Assembly: GCA_019695345.1 (NCBI GenBank)
Contig: JAIBAE010000005.1
Coordinates: forward strand, 9,186-73,185
Direction: 5' to 3'
DNA: 64,000 nucleotides
From: Bacteroidota bacterium
Lineage (GTDB): Bacteria; Bacteroidota; Ignavibacteria; Kapaibacteriales; NICIL-2
Of this stretch, positions 11,701 through 20,283 are shown piece by piece. Every line of letters begins with the position of its first letter. Positions within the stretch are counted from its first letter, which is position 1. Both the position numbers and the translations under genes were made by a program. The notes beneath the pieces were generated by a model. That model saw only the letters and a program-made list of their open reading frames with translations. It was not told the DNA's origin and searched no databases.

Positions 11701-13602
11701 TGGAGCCATTTTTACCTCTATGGTATCACGCCCGACACAACCTAATGAGTCTACTGCAGTAACTATATACTTGGTATTTTCATGCGGATTTGTTTTTGTT
11801 GATATGCATGTATCGCACGAAACCATATTCTTCGGAGTCCAACGTACACTTACCGGTGTTCCGTTTACGCCTTTTACTTTTAATGTTACCGAATCGGCAT
11901 AGGCACAAATGGTTGTATCCTTACCTGCATCAACTATATAATTGCGCACAGTAACAATAACTGTGTCTTTACCTTCACATCCTAACGAATCGAGTGCAGA
12001 TACTATATATGCAGTAGTAACAGTTGGTCTGGCAATTACTGTTCTGCACGTATCACAGTTTAATCCAGTCTTTGGAATCCACTTAACATTGGAAGCGGCA
12101 CCTGTAACAGTTATATGAACACTATCGCCATTACATATCTTTCTGTCCGGCCCGGCATCAATATCTACATCGGCTACATCAGGTACCAATGCCATCCCGC
12201 CAACATATCCATACGAATCTGCATTTCCATAACCATACACATACAACCCTACAGGTTGCGGACTTGTAATATTATGGGCTGCAGATGTCACATTAATATT
12301 TGCATACGAAAAACACGTATTAGGTATATCTAAAAATGTTGCTGTTAGCGGATTACCATCGTACCGGATATTCGCAATATTATTCCGAGTGGTTACAACA
12401 GTAATATATTGTTGTAAAAAGGAATTCATTGCTTGGATATTAGTATAACGATAGTTATTAAGGTATTGGCGGCGTGGAGGTATAATCATCATAAATGGGT
12501 CACCCACATTCGTTTGATTACCATTATCCGAGTGTGTTTTTTTGTAGAAAGCCACCATTACTTTTTTAGAAGCAACTAACAATCCTGCGGTGTTAAGCGA
12601 TGCCTCGTAAAACTGACCTCTGTTTAATGTTGCTACCTGCACATTATTAAAGTTCAGTACAGTTCCATCCTCGCTTGCAACAGCACGCCATAAATCAGTA
12701 CCAATGGTTGATATACCCTGTGGTTGGGCTAATGGAGTTATCACATAACTTCTTCCCCAAACTGAGGTAGGAAGCATCTGTTCATACAATTGATCTCTGG
12801 AGATTAATGTACCGCGTAAATTTACGGGTATAGTTGCACGCTGATGCCCTGCAAAAATTGCAACCGGTTTATTTGATGTAACGTGTGTTCCTGTTAAATC
12901 ATACCGCAACTGTGTTGTAGAAAATTCAGATTGAAATAAATAAGACTCACCCTTTTGTAAAGTTACAGTTACAGGTGCGCTACCTGTTTCGGTTGTTGGG
13001 ACGGTTTTAGTAACGGTAATCGTAGTATTAGAATCTGTTGCAACAACAGCAAACTCAGAAGGTGTATATGCCTGGTCAAGTTGATTGCCAAATGTTACCC
13101 CATCTGCTCGGTAAGCCATAACATAGTAATCTGTACCAAGTAAAGCAGTTGGTAAAATCATCGAGGCATCGCTTGTCATCACAGCTTTGTTCAAAGCATA
13201 TACTGCAACATTTTTATCGGTTGTGACCCTAAAGGTTTGTGTTGCTGCTTTCTCGTTGTCGTTATTCGTCGAAAAATTACCACTTTGGTTATATCCAACA
13301 AGTTCATATCCATCCCAATGTACCTGATATTTCCATATCACTGTTGGGTTTGTGATATTGATGTTTTGAGTAAAGGTTTGCCCCGATCTGTTTTTAAATG
13401 TCAACGTTCCCGTTGTTGCCGAATCTGCTACAACAAAAATGAACAACGAATCATTATTGCCACCCTGATTGTGATAATTCGGCAAATAGGTAAAATAGAA
13501 GTCTCGTCCGCGGGAAGTTTGCTGAGCATGTGTGGTAGAAGTCAACATACATACAAATACAACCGTAAAAACACCAAGAGCAAAACGCTGATAAAGCGAC
13601 AT
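8743..13602 (-). CDS. Giant T9SS-secreted adhesin-like protein (~1620 aa): N-terminal beta-helix-like region, ~10 tandem ~80-aa Ig-like SprB-type repeats with conserved CxxC...GC cysteines, and a C-terminal Por/T9SS sorting domain.
   Basis: Repeats of the form W[TS]PxTGLxCDTCxxxxAxPxxTTxYxVxxxDxxGCxxxDxVxVxV (SprB-repeat signature V.D..GC..D.V.V). C-terminus ...NIASGTYYCTMSAAGLHFSKQVVVVK is a T9SS type-A CTD. The signal peptide starts at the internal Met (MSLYQRFALGVFTVVFVCMLTSTTHAQQ). Confidence 0.8.
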   Translation of the reverse strand: MSLYQRFALGVFTVVFVCMLTSTTHAQQTSRGRDFYFTYLPNYHNQGGNNDSLFIFVVADSATTGTLTFKNRSGQTFTQNINITNPTVIWKYQVHWDGYELVGYNQSGNFSTNNDNEKAATQTFRVTTDKNVAVYALNKAVMTSDASMILPTALLGTDYYVMAYRADGVTFGNQLDQAYTPSEFAVVATDSNTTITVTKTVPTTETGSAPVTVTLQKGESYLFQSEFSTTQLRYDLTGTHVTSNKPVAIFAGHQRATIPVNLRGTLISRDQLYEQMLPTSVWGRSYVITPLAQPQGISTIGTDLWRAVASEDGTVLNFNNVQVATLNRGQFYEASLNTAGLLVASKKVMVAFYKKTHSDNGNQTNVGDPFMMIIPPRRQYLNNYRYTNIQAMNSFLQQYITVVTTRNNIANIRYDGNPLTATFLDIPNTCFSYANINVTSAAHNITSPQPVGLYVYGYGNADSYGYVGGMALVPDVADVDIDAGPDRKICNGDSVHITVTGAASNVKWIPKTGLNCDTCRTVIARPTVTTAYIVSALDSLGCEGKDTVIVTVRNYIVDAGKDTTICAYADSVTLKVKGVNGTPVSVRWTPKNMVSCDTCISTKTNPHENTKYIVTAVDSLGCVGRDTIEVKMAPPITVEAGPDLEYCSSKDSLTLRVTAKGLKYVWWTPKTGLKCDTCATTRVRPTGIITYYVTVRDSAGCEGMDSVTIKPKSGTNSLSKSPDQSICFKNDSALIYVQGIVKSIVWTPSTGLKCDTCVMTTAKPTVTTTYKYKAIDAGGCDIEDSVRIYVLPKAVVNIDPDIDLCTSTGVLITATGDFQTIQWTPSTGLACNTCKQTLATPPKKDIVYYARVRNGNSADCDAVDSIKIKYAPGIEGQLSSKTICKGDSVDLNLVFGGKVKWSPKTYLGACDTCKNYVIKPTANIKYTVTGDSAGCTSTVTFEIKVSAPAPIIAPPDTSICRGESVILDATTVSTDSVHWTPEAGLDCPYCLKPKASPLKTTMYTIELLSSKCSIRQVDSVLVTVKDSPTATVNPVDTALCEGGVIQYVVSGQPTGSSIFWNPSTWLSCDNCPNPKATPSGKGNITYQIHITAPNGCDTTISARLGVGTRPTFNVLKRDTAMCAGGTFAIHVSDSTTIAYSWSPKNTGLSCDTCPNPIAKPNTTTKYYVRGRDPISLCERLDSVTITVNPMPVVNITKDTSICKGKNIQLLASGGTTYRWTPPGSGLDRYDIANPIASPTQKQTYIVRITNAVGCWRDTSVTVDVAPCGVKVQSSDVNLLSAMLACDTATTQFVISNTGEVAVKIDSVTVYQESNAIADKAYFQQQNTLLLPTTMQVGAASINFPVRIIPTALGQFFVKYAIHYNDTITIVTVSGTGVQRPVTMSLSSTSVGVDSTFAYPVTAKSNYWSELRIREVIAGIRYTPNTMILDTSRKILSGEILDATWNVVFDKSTSSDGYAEFHATGITPITKDGILFTPYFTSLLANDFSSLAKIEFSFPQFRLDCTEEHDEEGSVQIVTCAATIRRVRMTSNQFALVSVTPNPVNHAQELAITYSLGTPCDAEIRLYDQSGKEVSQVVHGKHAEGLYVATFDATNIASGTYYCTMSAAGLHFSKQVVVVK

Positions 13603-13754
13603 AACACACCTTATTAAGAAGTGAATTCTTGCAACCCGATTATTAAGGGAGAGTTGCAACACAAAATACCGTTAATTCGCGTAACAACAATATCAAGTTT
13701 TTTAAATCTTTGTAAACAGCAATGTATCATCTGAGATAATAATTGTTACTATAC

Positions 13755-13949
13755 TTTTTTGTTTCACAAACCGCTCCAAACCTTGCACATAAAACAGCAT
13801 TTATTGTGCGGGAAAGAAGCACCGACTAATAACACCGGTTATCGCAGATGGTCTCAATATTAAATTTCTTTACAGTATTTAGCTAAAGTCCCGCACTATG
13901 AGTTTGTTTGGAAGGTAACGTTCGGAGCAGTCATGCGGTAGCAGAATAT
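13755..13949. repeat. Family A element, complete copy with a degenerate left terminus.
   Basis: Left TTTTTTGTTTCACAAACCGCTCCAAA; internal TGTGCGGGAAAGAAGCACC; right GGAGCAGTCATGCGGTAGCAGAATA (13925-13949). The right end stops 4 nt before the NUDIX stop codon. Confidence 0.55.
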
Positions 13950-13953
13950 ACTT

Positions 13954-14427
13954 CTATAATTTATACACATCATTAAAGCGTGTATCGTCCCATTTGTGTA
14001 ACAAGATTTCATTAAACAGTTTCATGGCTTGTTGTTGTGCGGGTATAGTTAGCAATTCCGTTGCCTGGTGAGATTGAATCCACTGAAATTCATTGTGTTC
14101 ATCGGAAAGTTGCACGGGGAGTGAATGTTCCACTGTTGCGCCAAACACAGGCACGTGAACAATAGAATCTCTGCGGGGCGAATACAAACTTGATACAAAC
14201 GGTAGTACCCATAAGTGATTATGCTGTAATCCTGTTTCTTCCATGAGTTCACGCACAGCAGCTTGTACGGCCGTTTCACCGATTTCTATACGTCCGGTAA
14301 CTACTTGCCATAGTAACGGGAAAACAGGCTCGAGCGGTGCGCGGCGTAGAACTAGATGCTCCCAGGTTGTGGAATCCTGCGTACGCGCTATATGGACTTG
14401 AACCATCGTTGAAACAACTTCTGCCAT
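13954..14427 (-). CDS. NUDIX hydrolase.
   Basis: Nudix box GRIEIGETAVQAAVRELMEETGL (Gx5Ex7REUxEExGU). Overlaps the upstream RluB-like gene by ~20-40 nt, suggesting translational coupling. Confidence 0.8.
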   Translation of the reverse strand: MAEVVSTMVQVHIARTQDSTTWEHLVLRRAPLEPVFPLLWQVVTGRIEIGETAVQAAVRELMEETGLQHNHLWVLPFVSSLYSPRRDSIVHVPVFGATVEHSLPVQLSDEHNEFQWIQSHQATELLTIPAQQQAMKLFNEILLHKWDDTRFNDVYKL

Positions 14428-15767
14428 ACTCCTGTTTGCTCTGTGGTTGATGCTTCTTCTGTTCGTTCTTCTTCTACACGCTCTTCTACTTGCTGTATTT
14501 TTACGGAATCGGTGAAAATTATCTGTAGCTCGTCTTCATCTAATCTGCGCCACGACCCCGATGGTAAATCTGTTACCGATAATGAGCCAATTCTTCTGCG
14601 TTCTGTTGCAAGAATCTCAAATCCATTCTGTTTCAGAATACGGTTCATATCATGAAGCCGGGCATGGCGTACCGTAATACTTATCCACGAATTACGGGTG
14701 TTCTTTTGTGCTAATTCTGCCTTTGCAATTTCGTTGTTTTCCGGATGTAACTCGCGAACTGCTTTCGTAATTACTTCTAAATCTTTTTTCAGTACTTTTT
14801 TGTGTACCTTAAACCAATATTCTTTTTCCATCAGCGCAAACATATTGTGTTCGGCATGGCGCTGTTCGGGGTCGTTGGTGAGCACTACAATCCCGCTAAC
14901 ACTTTTAGCCAGCGGTCCGCACGGAATATGCCACCCGCGTTTTTTAACCATCAGGTTCATAATATTCCGCGATTGATACTCTCGCGAGCCGGCAATCTTT
15001 TTGGGCTTGTTCAGAACAATATAGATATTACGCGGGTTGTGCATTAAAAACACACCATTCACTTTAATAATATCCTGTAATATCCTTACCGATTTATTGG
15101 GAGATGTTGTAAGAATATCATTCACTGTAACCAAGCTATCATGCAGCGCATTCATCGAAACCCCACGCGAGCCATACACCAAACGCACTAATGCTTTAAT
15201 TAATGTTGTAGGCCGCTGCGGTGGTGGTTGGCGCGTATGCTGGTCATAACCATCGCGGGCACGCATTTCGTTCTTTGCCCTGCGCGACATCGGACGGCGG
15301 CGGTCATAATTATTATATTCTCTAAACTCACTTCGCTCACCTCTTGGTCTGTCGCCTCTGTTCTCGTACGGACGCCGTTGATACCCGCCACTTCTGTTAT
15401 CATCGCGGCGGAAACCTTCACGGCGTTCGGGATTAAATCTATCTCCTTCTCTACGTTGGTAACCGGAATCTCTGTTACTTCGGTAATCTCCTCCGCGAGG
15501 TGTAAATCCTTCTCGTTGTTGATTTCTACTTCTGTCGTAGCGGTTCTGTGGGGCACCTTCCCGGCTGTCGTATCTACGGTCGAATCTACGCTCGTAATTG
15601 CCTTCGCGTTGGTTTGCACCATCGCGGAACGGACGTTGTTGATACGGTCTGTTACGGTCAGGACGTTCGCCTCTATCGCCATCGTTGTTGCGGCGCGGCG
15701 GTTGTTCATTATCCCTATCGGGATTACGTGGTTGTTGTTCGTCAAATTCTTCAGGTTCTGTTGTCAT
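14388..15767 (-). CDS. RsuA/RluB-family pseudouridine synthase-like protein. It has a ~180-aa N-terminal Arg/Asp/Tyr-rich low-complexity extension, and the catalytic Asp of motif II is replaced (GPLAKSVSG instead of GRLDKDSEG).
   Basis: S4-like segment LIKALVRLVYGSRGVS... and RluB-like core ...IYIVLNKPKK...HIPCGPLAKSVSGIVVLTNDPE...EKEYWFKV align to E. coli RluB (YYKPEGE...IAVGRLDVNTCGLLLFTTDGE...EREYAV). I translated the DNA by hand: ctg gct aaa agt = L A K S. Confidence 0.7.
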   Translation of the reverse strand: MTTEPEEFDEQQPRNPDRDNEQPPRRNNDGDRGERPDRNRPYQQRPFRDGANQREGNYERRFDRRYDSREGAPQNRYDRSRNQQREGFTPRGGDYRSNRDSGYQRREGDRFNPERREGFRRDDNRSGGYQRRPYENRGDRPRGERSEFREYNNYDRRRPMSRRAKNEMRARDGYDQHTRQPPPQRPTTLIKALVRLVYGSRGVSMNALHDSLVTVNDILTTSPNKSVRILQDIIKVNGVFLMHNPRNIYIVLNKPKKIAGSREYQSRNIMNLMVKKRGWHIPCGPLAKSVSGIVVLTNDPEQRHAEHNMFALMEKEYWFKVHKKVLKKDLEVITKAVRELHPENNEIAKAELAQKNTRNSWISITVRHARLHDMNRILKQNGFEILATERRRIGSLSVTDLPSGSWRRLDEDELQIIFTDSVKIQQVEERVEEERTEEASTTEQTGVWQKLFQRWFKSI

Positions 15768-16047
15768 CTTGCCTCCCTAATGGCAAAGTAAACTGTACGT
15801 GGTGCATACAGTACAAACATCGGCCCCTATGCCGTGTTCAGATATTAAACAAGTGAAATAATCCTATCAAAGTAGTGCGAATATTCAGCGGATTACGTAA
15901 AATTTCGGTGTTCCCCTGTCAATCATTCCGCATCAATCATCAGATACGCGTACCGATACGTTGTTAGCTCCCCTTTGTTTCAGTACAAATATGTGCAAAC
16001 TTGAACGTTTACCAATACTCTTTCACAACTTTTTTTGGGTACCGCAT

Positions 16048-16111
16048 GTGCGCCGCAGCTACCCACCAGCGCGCCGACCCTGCGCGAACCGCCCGATATA
16101 TTGGCGCAGGG
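16048..16111. repeat. Family B-related GC-rich fragment in the 480-bp divergent intergenic region upstream of the AT-rich island.
   Basis: GTGCGCCGCAGCTACCCACCAGCGCGCCGACCC (its reverse complement resembles the B5 stretch GCGCGCTGGCGG) followed by the inverted repeat CCCTGCGC...GCGCAGGG. Confidence 0.35.
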
Positions 16112-16247
16112 TGAAACAAACTGTAAAACTATTTAACCATTCTAAATCAGTGATTGACTATTTTGTACATAACAGAATTACAAAAAATAATGTCCGTTGC
16201 CTCCTTTTATATATCTCGTTATTTTTTCATTAAACCTTGGAGTCCCT

Positions 16248-17531
16248 ATGAACTCTACCAAATCAAGAAACGAAAACATTCGTTGTCTTGCTGTTGCCAT
16301 TCCCCACCAACACAATAAACTCGGTGGGGGGCTGAAACTAACACAATTTTTTTTCCTCCTATTCTTGCTCCTTGTGCTTAAGCATTCTCTAATAGCACAA
16401 ATACCCGGTTCTAACCGATTACTTCCCGATGGCAAAGCAGGTATTGGATATAATGATCCCGAACCGGCTTTAGAAATTTCGTCGCATGTACTTAACGAAA
16501 ACAATCCTTCAATTTTATTTTCAACAGGCGAAATACCTATTGGTGGAAGCGGTACAAATAGAACGGTGAAGGCTTATATTGCTTTATTAGATAATCTCAA
16601 TACATGGAGATATATGTGGCGCAATGCTGAAAATCATGATTTCCTGATAAAAGCAACAGCAACAGCAAACAACATCATATTCTCAACAGAAAGCGTTGCG
16701 GGGTATAAGTTTTTTACTCACGGAACGATTGAACGAATGAGAATGAATCATGCTGGTTTTCTTGGATTGGGTTCTAAAGATCCACGTGATATTTTGCATT
16801 TGCATTTTCAGCAAGGCGAAGATGATGTAAATCCACCCGACCCAAATCTAAATCCGAACTATAATTTGATGTTGGGCGCTGGAAGTATTTACTTTAACTG
16901 CCTTTACGATGACAGGGCGATTCCGATGGGGTATAAAAACTTTGATGGACGATTTGCATCTATGCAATTAGGGTATGATGAATTTGGTGTATCATTTAAA
17001 ATGGATAGATCTATCACATCAAACACATATATATTTAGCAGTAGAGAAAATTATGATTTTAAAGGGTTACGAATTACATCCGATGGAAGTATTGGTATTT
17101 GTAATCAAGCTCCTGTTGCAAGATTGGATATCAAAAGTCAACCACGTGGGCCGGCAAATATCAGAGTACCGGCAATACGACTTACTAATAGTAGTGGCAC
17201 AGAAAAGTTTAAGGTATTTGATGACGGCTTTGTGGCATGCAGTGAGTTAAAGGTTGCTATACCTGGTGGTAGCGATTGGCCTGATTATGTTTTTACTACT
17301 TCATATAAACTAACTCCATTATCAGAAGTTGAAACCTTTATCAACAACAACGGCCACTTACCCGGTATACCCAGTACAAAGGATATTGAAGAAAACAAAG
17401 GGATTGAGGTTGGTGCATTACAAGTAAAGTTACTTGAAAAAATTGAGGAACTTACCTTACATGTTATACAGTTAAAAAAGGAATTGGAAGAAACCAAAAA
17501 CAAACTTCTAACAATAAAAGGAAGTGACTAA
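16248..17531 (+). CDS. Secreted tail-fibre-like surface protein: Bacteroidota 'tail fiber domain-containing protein' family with a C-terminal coiled-coil/chaperone-like segment.
   Basis: N-terminal AGIGYNDPEPALEISS (matches the G.GIGT..P...L.V motif of this family). C-terminal ...NNNGHLPGIPSTKDIEENKGIEVGALQVKLLEKIEELTLHVIQLKKELEETKNKL. Signal-peptide-like hydrophobic stretch. First gene of an AT-rich block. Confidence 0.45.
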   Translation: MNSTKSRNENIRCLAVAIPHQHNKLGGGLKLTQFFFLLFLLLVLKHSLIAQIPGSNRLLPDGKAGIGYNDPEPALEISSHVLNENNPSILFSTGEIPIGGSGTNRTVKAYIALLDNLNTWRYMWRNAENHDFLIKATATANNIIFSTESVAGYKFFTHGTIERMRMNHAGFLGLGSKDPRDILHLHFQQGEDDVNPPDPNLNPNYNLMLGAGSIYFNCLYDDRAIPMGYKNFDGRFASMQLGYDEFGVSFKMDRSITSNTYIFSSRENYDFKGLRITSDGSIGICNQAPVARLDIKSQPRGPANIRVPAIRLTNSSGTEKFKVFDDGFVACSELKVAIPGGSDWPDYVFTTSYKLTPLSEVETFINNNGHLPGIPSTKDIEENKGIEVGALQVKLLEKIEELTLHVIQLKKELEETKNKLLTIKGSD

Positions 17532-18076
17532 TGAAATTTATTTACTATCTATTTTTATTATTCTTTTGTCTACTGTTTACTTCTAGTATAAGTCAGGCAT
17601 TAATCAATGACACAACAAATTTAAAAGTTATTGCACATACTGGGGCTGATAAAATCAGGTTATATTTATTTACAGGTATTGGTTCCAATCAAGGTAATAG
17701 AATTGGATTAAATGCTGAGTATAATAACTATAGAGTAGGTTGTGCTGTAGGAGGAGGTTTTAAAACATTGGCTTATCTTTTTGGTTCTGGCGATGCTGAA
17801 TACGTATATTCTGGTTTTGTTGAAGCACCATTTATACTATATCCGAAATTTAACATTGGCTGTTCCTACTCGTATAGAGTTTTAGGTAATAATAATAAAG
17901 ACTTAAGAGGAAATTTAGGAATGTACTTTATCGTAAACATATTACTATCAAGGTACTTTATATTTTCTTTCGGTGCTGGTTACGATAGGTTAGTTTTCTC
18001 ACAACCTGAATATATGGGTAGTAAATATTTAAACAACCTACACTTAGATATCAAACTAAATTTTAAATTATATTAA
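17531..18076 (+). CDS. Small (181 aa) putative outer-membrane beta-barrel protein.
   Basis: Signal peptide, alternating hydrophobic beta-strand pattern, C-terminal ...LNFKLY aromatic end. Its start codon overlaps the upstream stop. Very AT-rich. Confidence 0.4.
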   Translation: MKFIYYLFLLFFCLLFTSSISQALINDTTNLKVIAHTGADKIRLYLFTGIGSNQGNRIGLNAEYNNYRVGCAVGGGFKTLAYLFGSGDAEYVYSGFVEAPFILYPKFNIGCSYSYRVLGNNNKDLRGNLGMYFIVNILLSRYFIFSFGAGYDRLVFSQPEYMGSKYLNNLHLDIKLNFKLY

Positions 18077-18084
18077 GGTCTGAT

Positions 18085-20193
18085 ATGAAAATTACTTTAT
18101 ATGTTTTTTGGGTGTTTTTACTATACAGTTGTAATATGTATAGTAAAGGGCAATATCATAAGTTTATACATAAAGAACATGTTCATCAATACATCGTAAA
18201 AGAGGCTTATAAGCTACTTGAAGAAGAGGTCGGAGAAATTCCAATTTTAAAAAGTTACTTAGGACTAAACTATAATGGGAAAGGACCAACTCATAATCCC
18301 TGGAATGTAGATGATGCTGTTGTGATTGGTGCTTGGGAGGAAGATGAAATTGATGCTTTAAATTTTGGTGGCGGAGCATGGACTACAGTAACACATTTTT
18401 GGTCACCACATTGGGGTGATACTTGGAAGCCATATCTAATCGCAAGTGGACACAAGCCAAATGCATATATGAAAGCATTACGATATTTCGGTGGGAGTGA
18501 TTGGCAAACATATTATTTTGATGAATGGCAGGATTACTTCTTCTTTAACCGTAATGCATACCTTGGTGTTCCTGTTAATGGGACAGAAATCAGAGTAATT
18601 AGTACAAAATATCAGTACAACAATCTCTGTAATTTTCTAAGTGAAGGAAATGCAATACTTGTTGGAGTAACTGATATAGCAGGATATACGAGTTACCACT
18701 ATCAACAAGTTCAGTTCTCAGATATCGTACGTAAACAATATGGTTTTAATATTCTTGGCAGGATGCTACATTTATTAGGTGATATGAGCGTTCCAGCACA
18801 TACTCGTAATGACGATCATAAATGTAGCCCCCCACTTCCAGATCCGGAACTGTATGAGGTTTTTATGGGTTCGCCCTTGATTGACGGTACTTGGTATCCA
18901 TATATAATAGATTGCAATGATCACCCTAATGTATTTTTTGCTCAAAAATGGAACCATACAGATGTTAGAAAGAAGGGAGGATTACTATATGAAATATTTG
19001 ACATGAATGATGTTGATGCATTGCGATACCTTTACTATAGCGTGAGCATGCTAACAAACCATTTTCCTTCAACTGATGAAGATGGTATACATAATCTCAA
19101 TTATGGCACCACATTGACGATTAATCGTAAATATTCAGATTTAGGAACACCCCATACAAAAGGATGGATGGATGAAGATTTTGAATTTAATCATTTAGAC
19201 GATATTGCTAATGAGACTTTCACATATGTCATAAGGGCTAGCGCGACACTAATGTATTGGATGTGTGCTAAAACTGGATTAGTAAGTTGCCCAAATACAC
19301 GCTATTTACAAAGTGAACTTTATTACGGAGCCAGAGATGAGAATGAGGAATCAACAATATCCGCAAATACATCAGTGATAACAGGGAATAATGTGAAAGG
19401 TAATATACCAACAGGAGATTATATTGTTGAAAGTCCCGCTCGGCTATCTTTACGGGCAGGTAATTCTGTTCAACTAAAAAGTGGTACACATATCAAAAGT
19501 GGATCTAATTTCAGAGCATATTTAGGATCTTGCCAATTTGCATCAAATACATGTAGTTTGAATGGGAACACAACAACCGTTCAAGATGATAATAAAAAAG
19601 TAAATTTACTTACTCCGATAAATGACACAAAAAACACCATCTCTACTCAAGAGACATTAGATACTGTGCAAAGAATAGATATTAAGTTATATACAGGGTG
19701 GCAGAAAGATTCGATAGATATTGACACTGTTGCCTTTACTAATTGGTACAGCAGTAAACGTACAAAGGGTAATTACATCAGTACAACGGATTCTGCATTT
19801 GAGTTTTTATTACCATATTCTTGGTTAGCAGATACAGTTGTAATGAGAACTATGAATGACAGCATTATTAAAATTTATCCGAAACGAACTTTGGTTACGC
19901 TTAATCCATATGATGTGGTATTAACAGCTGATAGTATAGCTGTAGCTTTAATAAAACGAAACGATAATATCCCAATTCTTGCATACCCTGTTCCAGCCAA
20001 TGGTAGTAAACTACGTTTTGCTGAGTTTGATGTACAAGAGGTTACCGTATTTAACTCGTCGGGTGTGCCATATGGTACAGTCAAAGTAACTAATAATGAA
20101 ATTGATATTTCAGCTTTACCAAATGGTACTTACTACGCACGTATCCCAACATCAACTGGGTTTCTAGTTAAGCCATTTATAATTGTTCGGTAA
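18085..20193 (+). CDS. T9SS-secreted zinc-dependent phospholipase C / P1-nuclease-superfamily protein.
   Basis: HLLGDMSVPAHTRNDDH matches the H-x-x-G-D-x-x-x-P-x-H zinc-binding motif of Zn_dep_PLPC (compare C. perfringens alpha-toxin HYFGDIDTPYHP). N-terminal H..I..EAYKLL is also present. C-terminus ...ISALPNGTYYARIPTSTGFLVKPFIIVR is a T9SS type-A CTD. Confidence 0.6.
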   Translation: MKITLYVFWVFLLYSCNMYSKGQYHKFIHKEHVHQYIVKEAYKLLEEEVGEIPILKSYLGLNYNGKGPTHNPWNVDDAVVIGAWEEDEIDALNFGGGAWTTVTHFWSPHWGDTWKPYLIASGHKPNAYMKALRYFGGSDWQTYYFDEWQDYFFFNRNAYLGVPVNGTEIRVISTKYQYNNLCNFLSEGNAILVGVTDIAGYTSYHYQQVQFSDIVRKQYGFNILGRMLHLLGDMSVPAHTRNDDHKCSPPLPDPELYEVFMGSPLIDGTWYPYIIDCNDHPNVFFAQKWNHTDVRKKGGLLYEIFDMNDVDALRYLYYSVSMLTNHFPSTDEDGIHNLNYGTTLTINRKYSDLGTPHTKGWMDEDFEFNHLDDIANETFTYVIRASATLMYWMCAKTGLVSCPNTRYLQSELYYGARDENEESTISANTSVITGNNVKGNIPTGDYIVESPARLSLRAGNSVQLKSGTHIKSGSNFRAYLGSCQFASNTCSLNGNTTTVQDDNKKVNLLTPINDTKNTISTQETLDTVQRIDIKLYTGWQKDSIDIDTVAFTNWYSSKRTKGNYISTTDSAFEFLLPYSWLADTVVMRTMNDSIIKIYPKRTLVTLNPYDVVLTADSIAVALIKRNDNIPILAYPVPANGSKLRFAEFDVQEVTVFNSSGVPYGTVKVTNNEIDISALPNGTYYARIPTSTGFLVKPFIIVR

Positions 20194-20283
20194 TACATTA
20201 TGTTGTCGTATAAGCCACTGCATTTTTGTAGTGGCTTTTTATTTATGTTTTACTATTGGTTATATCAACCTACCTTAACGTTT

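Noticed and set aside
15200-15791. ORFs (181-187 aa, both strands) inside the N-terminal low-complexity region of the RluB-like gene.
   Set aside because: Compositionally biased DNA (CGN/GAN repeats) gives spurious open frames. The 459-aa minus-strand frame continues into a bona fide S4 plus pseudouridine synthase core.
18085-20193. Alternative call as S1/P1 nuclease rather than phospholipase C.
   Set aside because: Both belong to the same zinc-dependent superfamily. The H-x-x-G-D-x-x-x-P-x-H spacing and the N-terminal H..I..EA helix fit Zn_dep_PLPC slightly better. I kept the call hedged rather than rejecting the superfamily.
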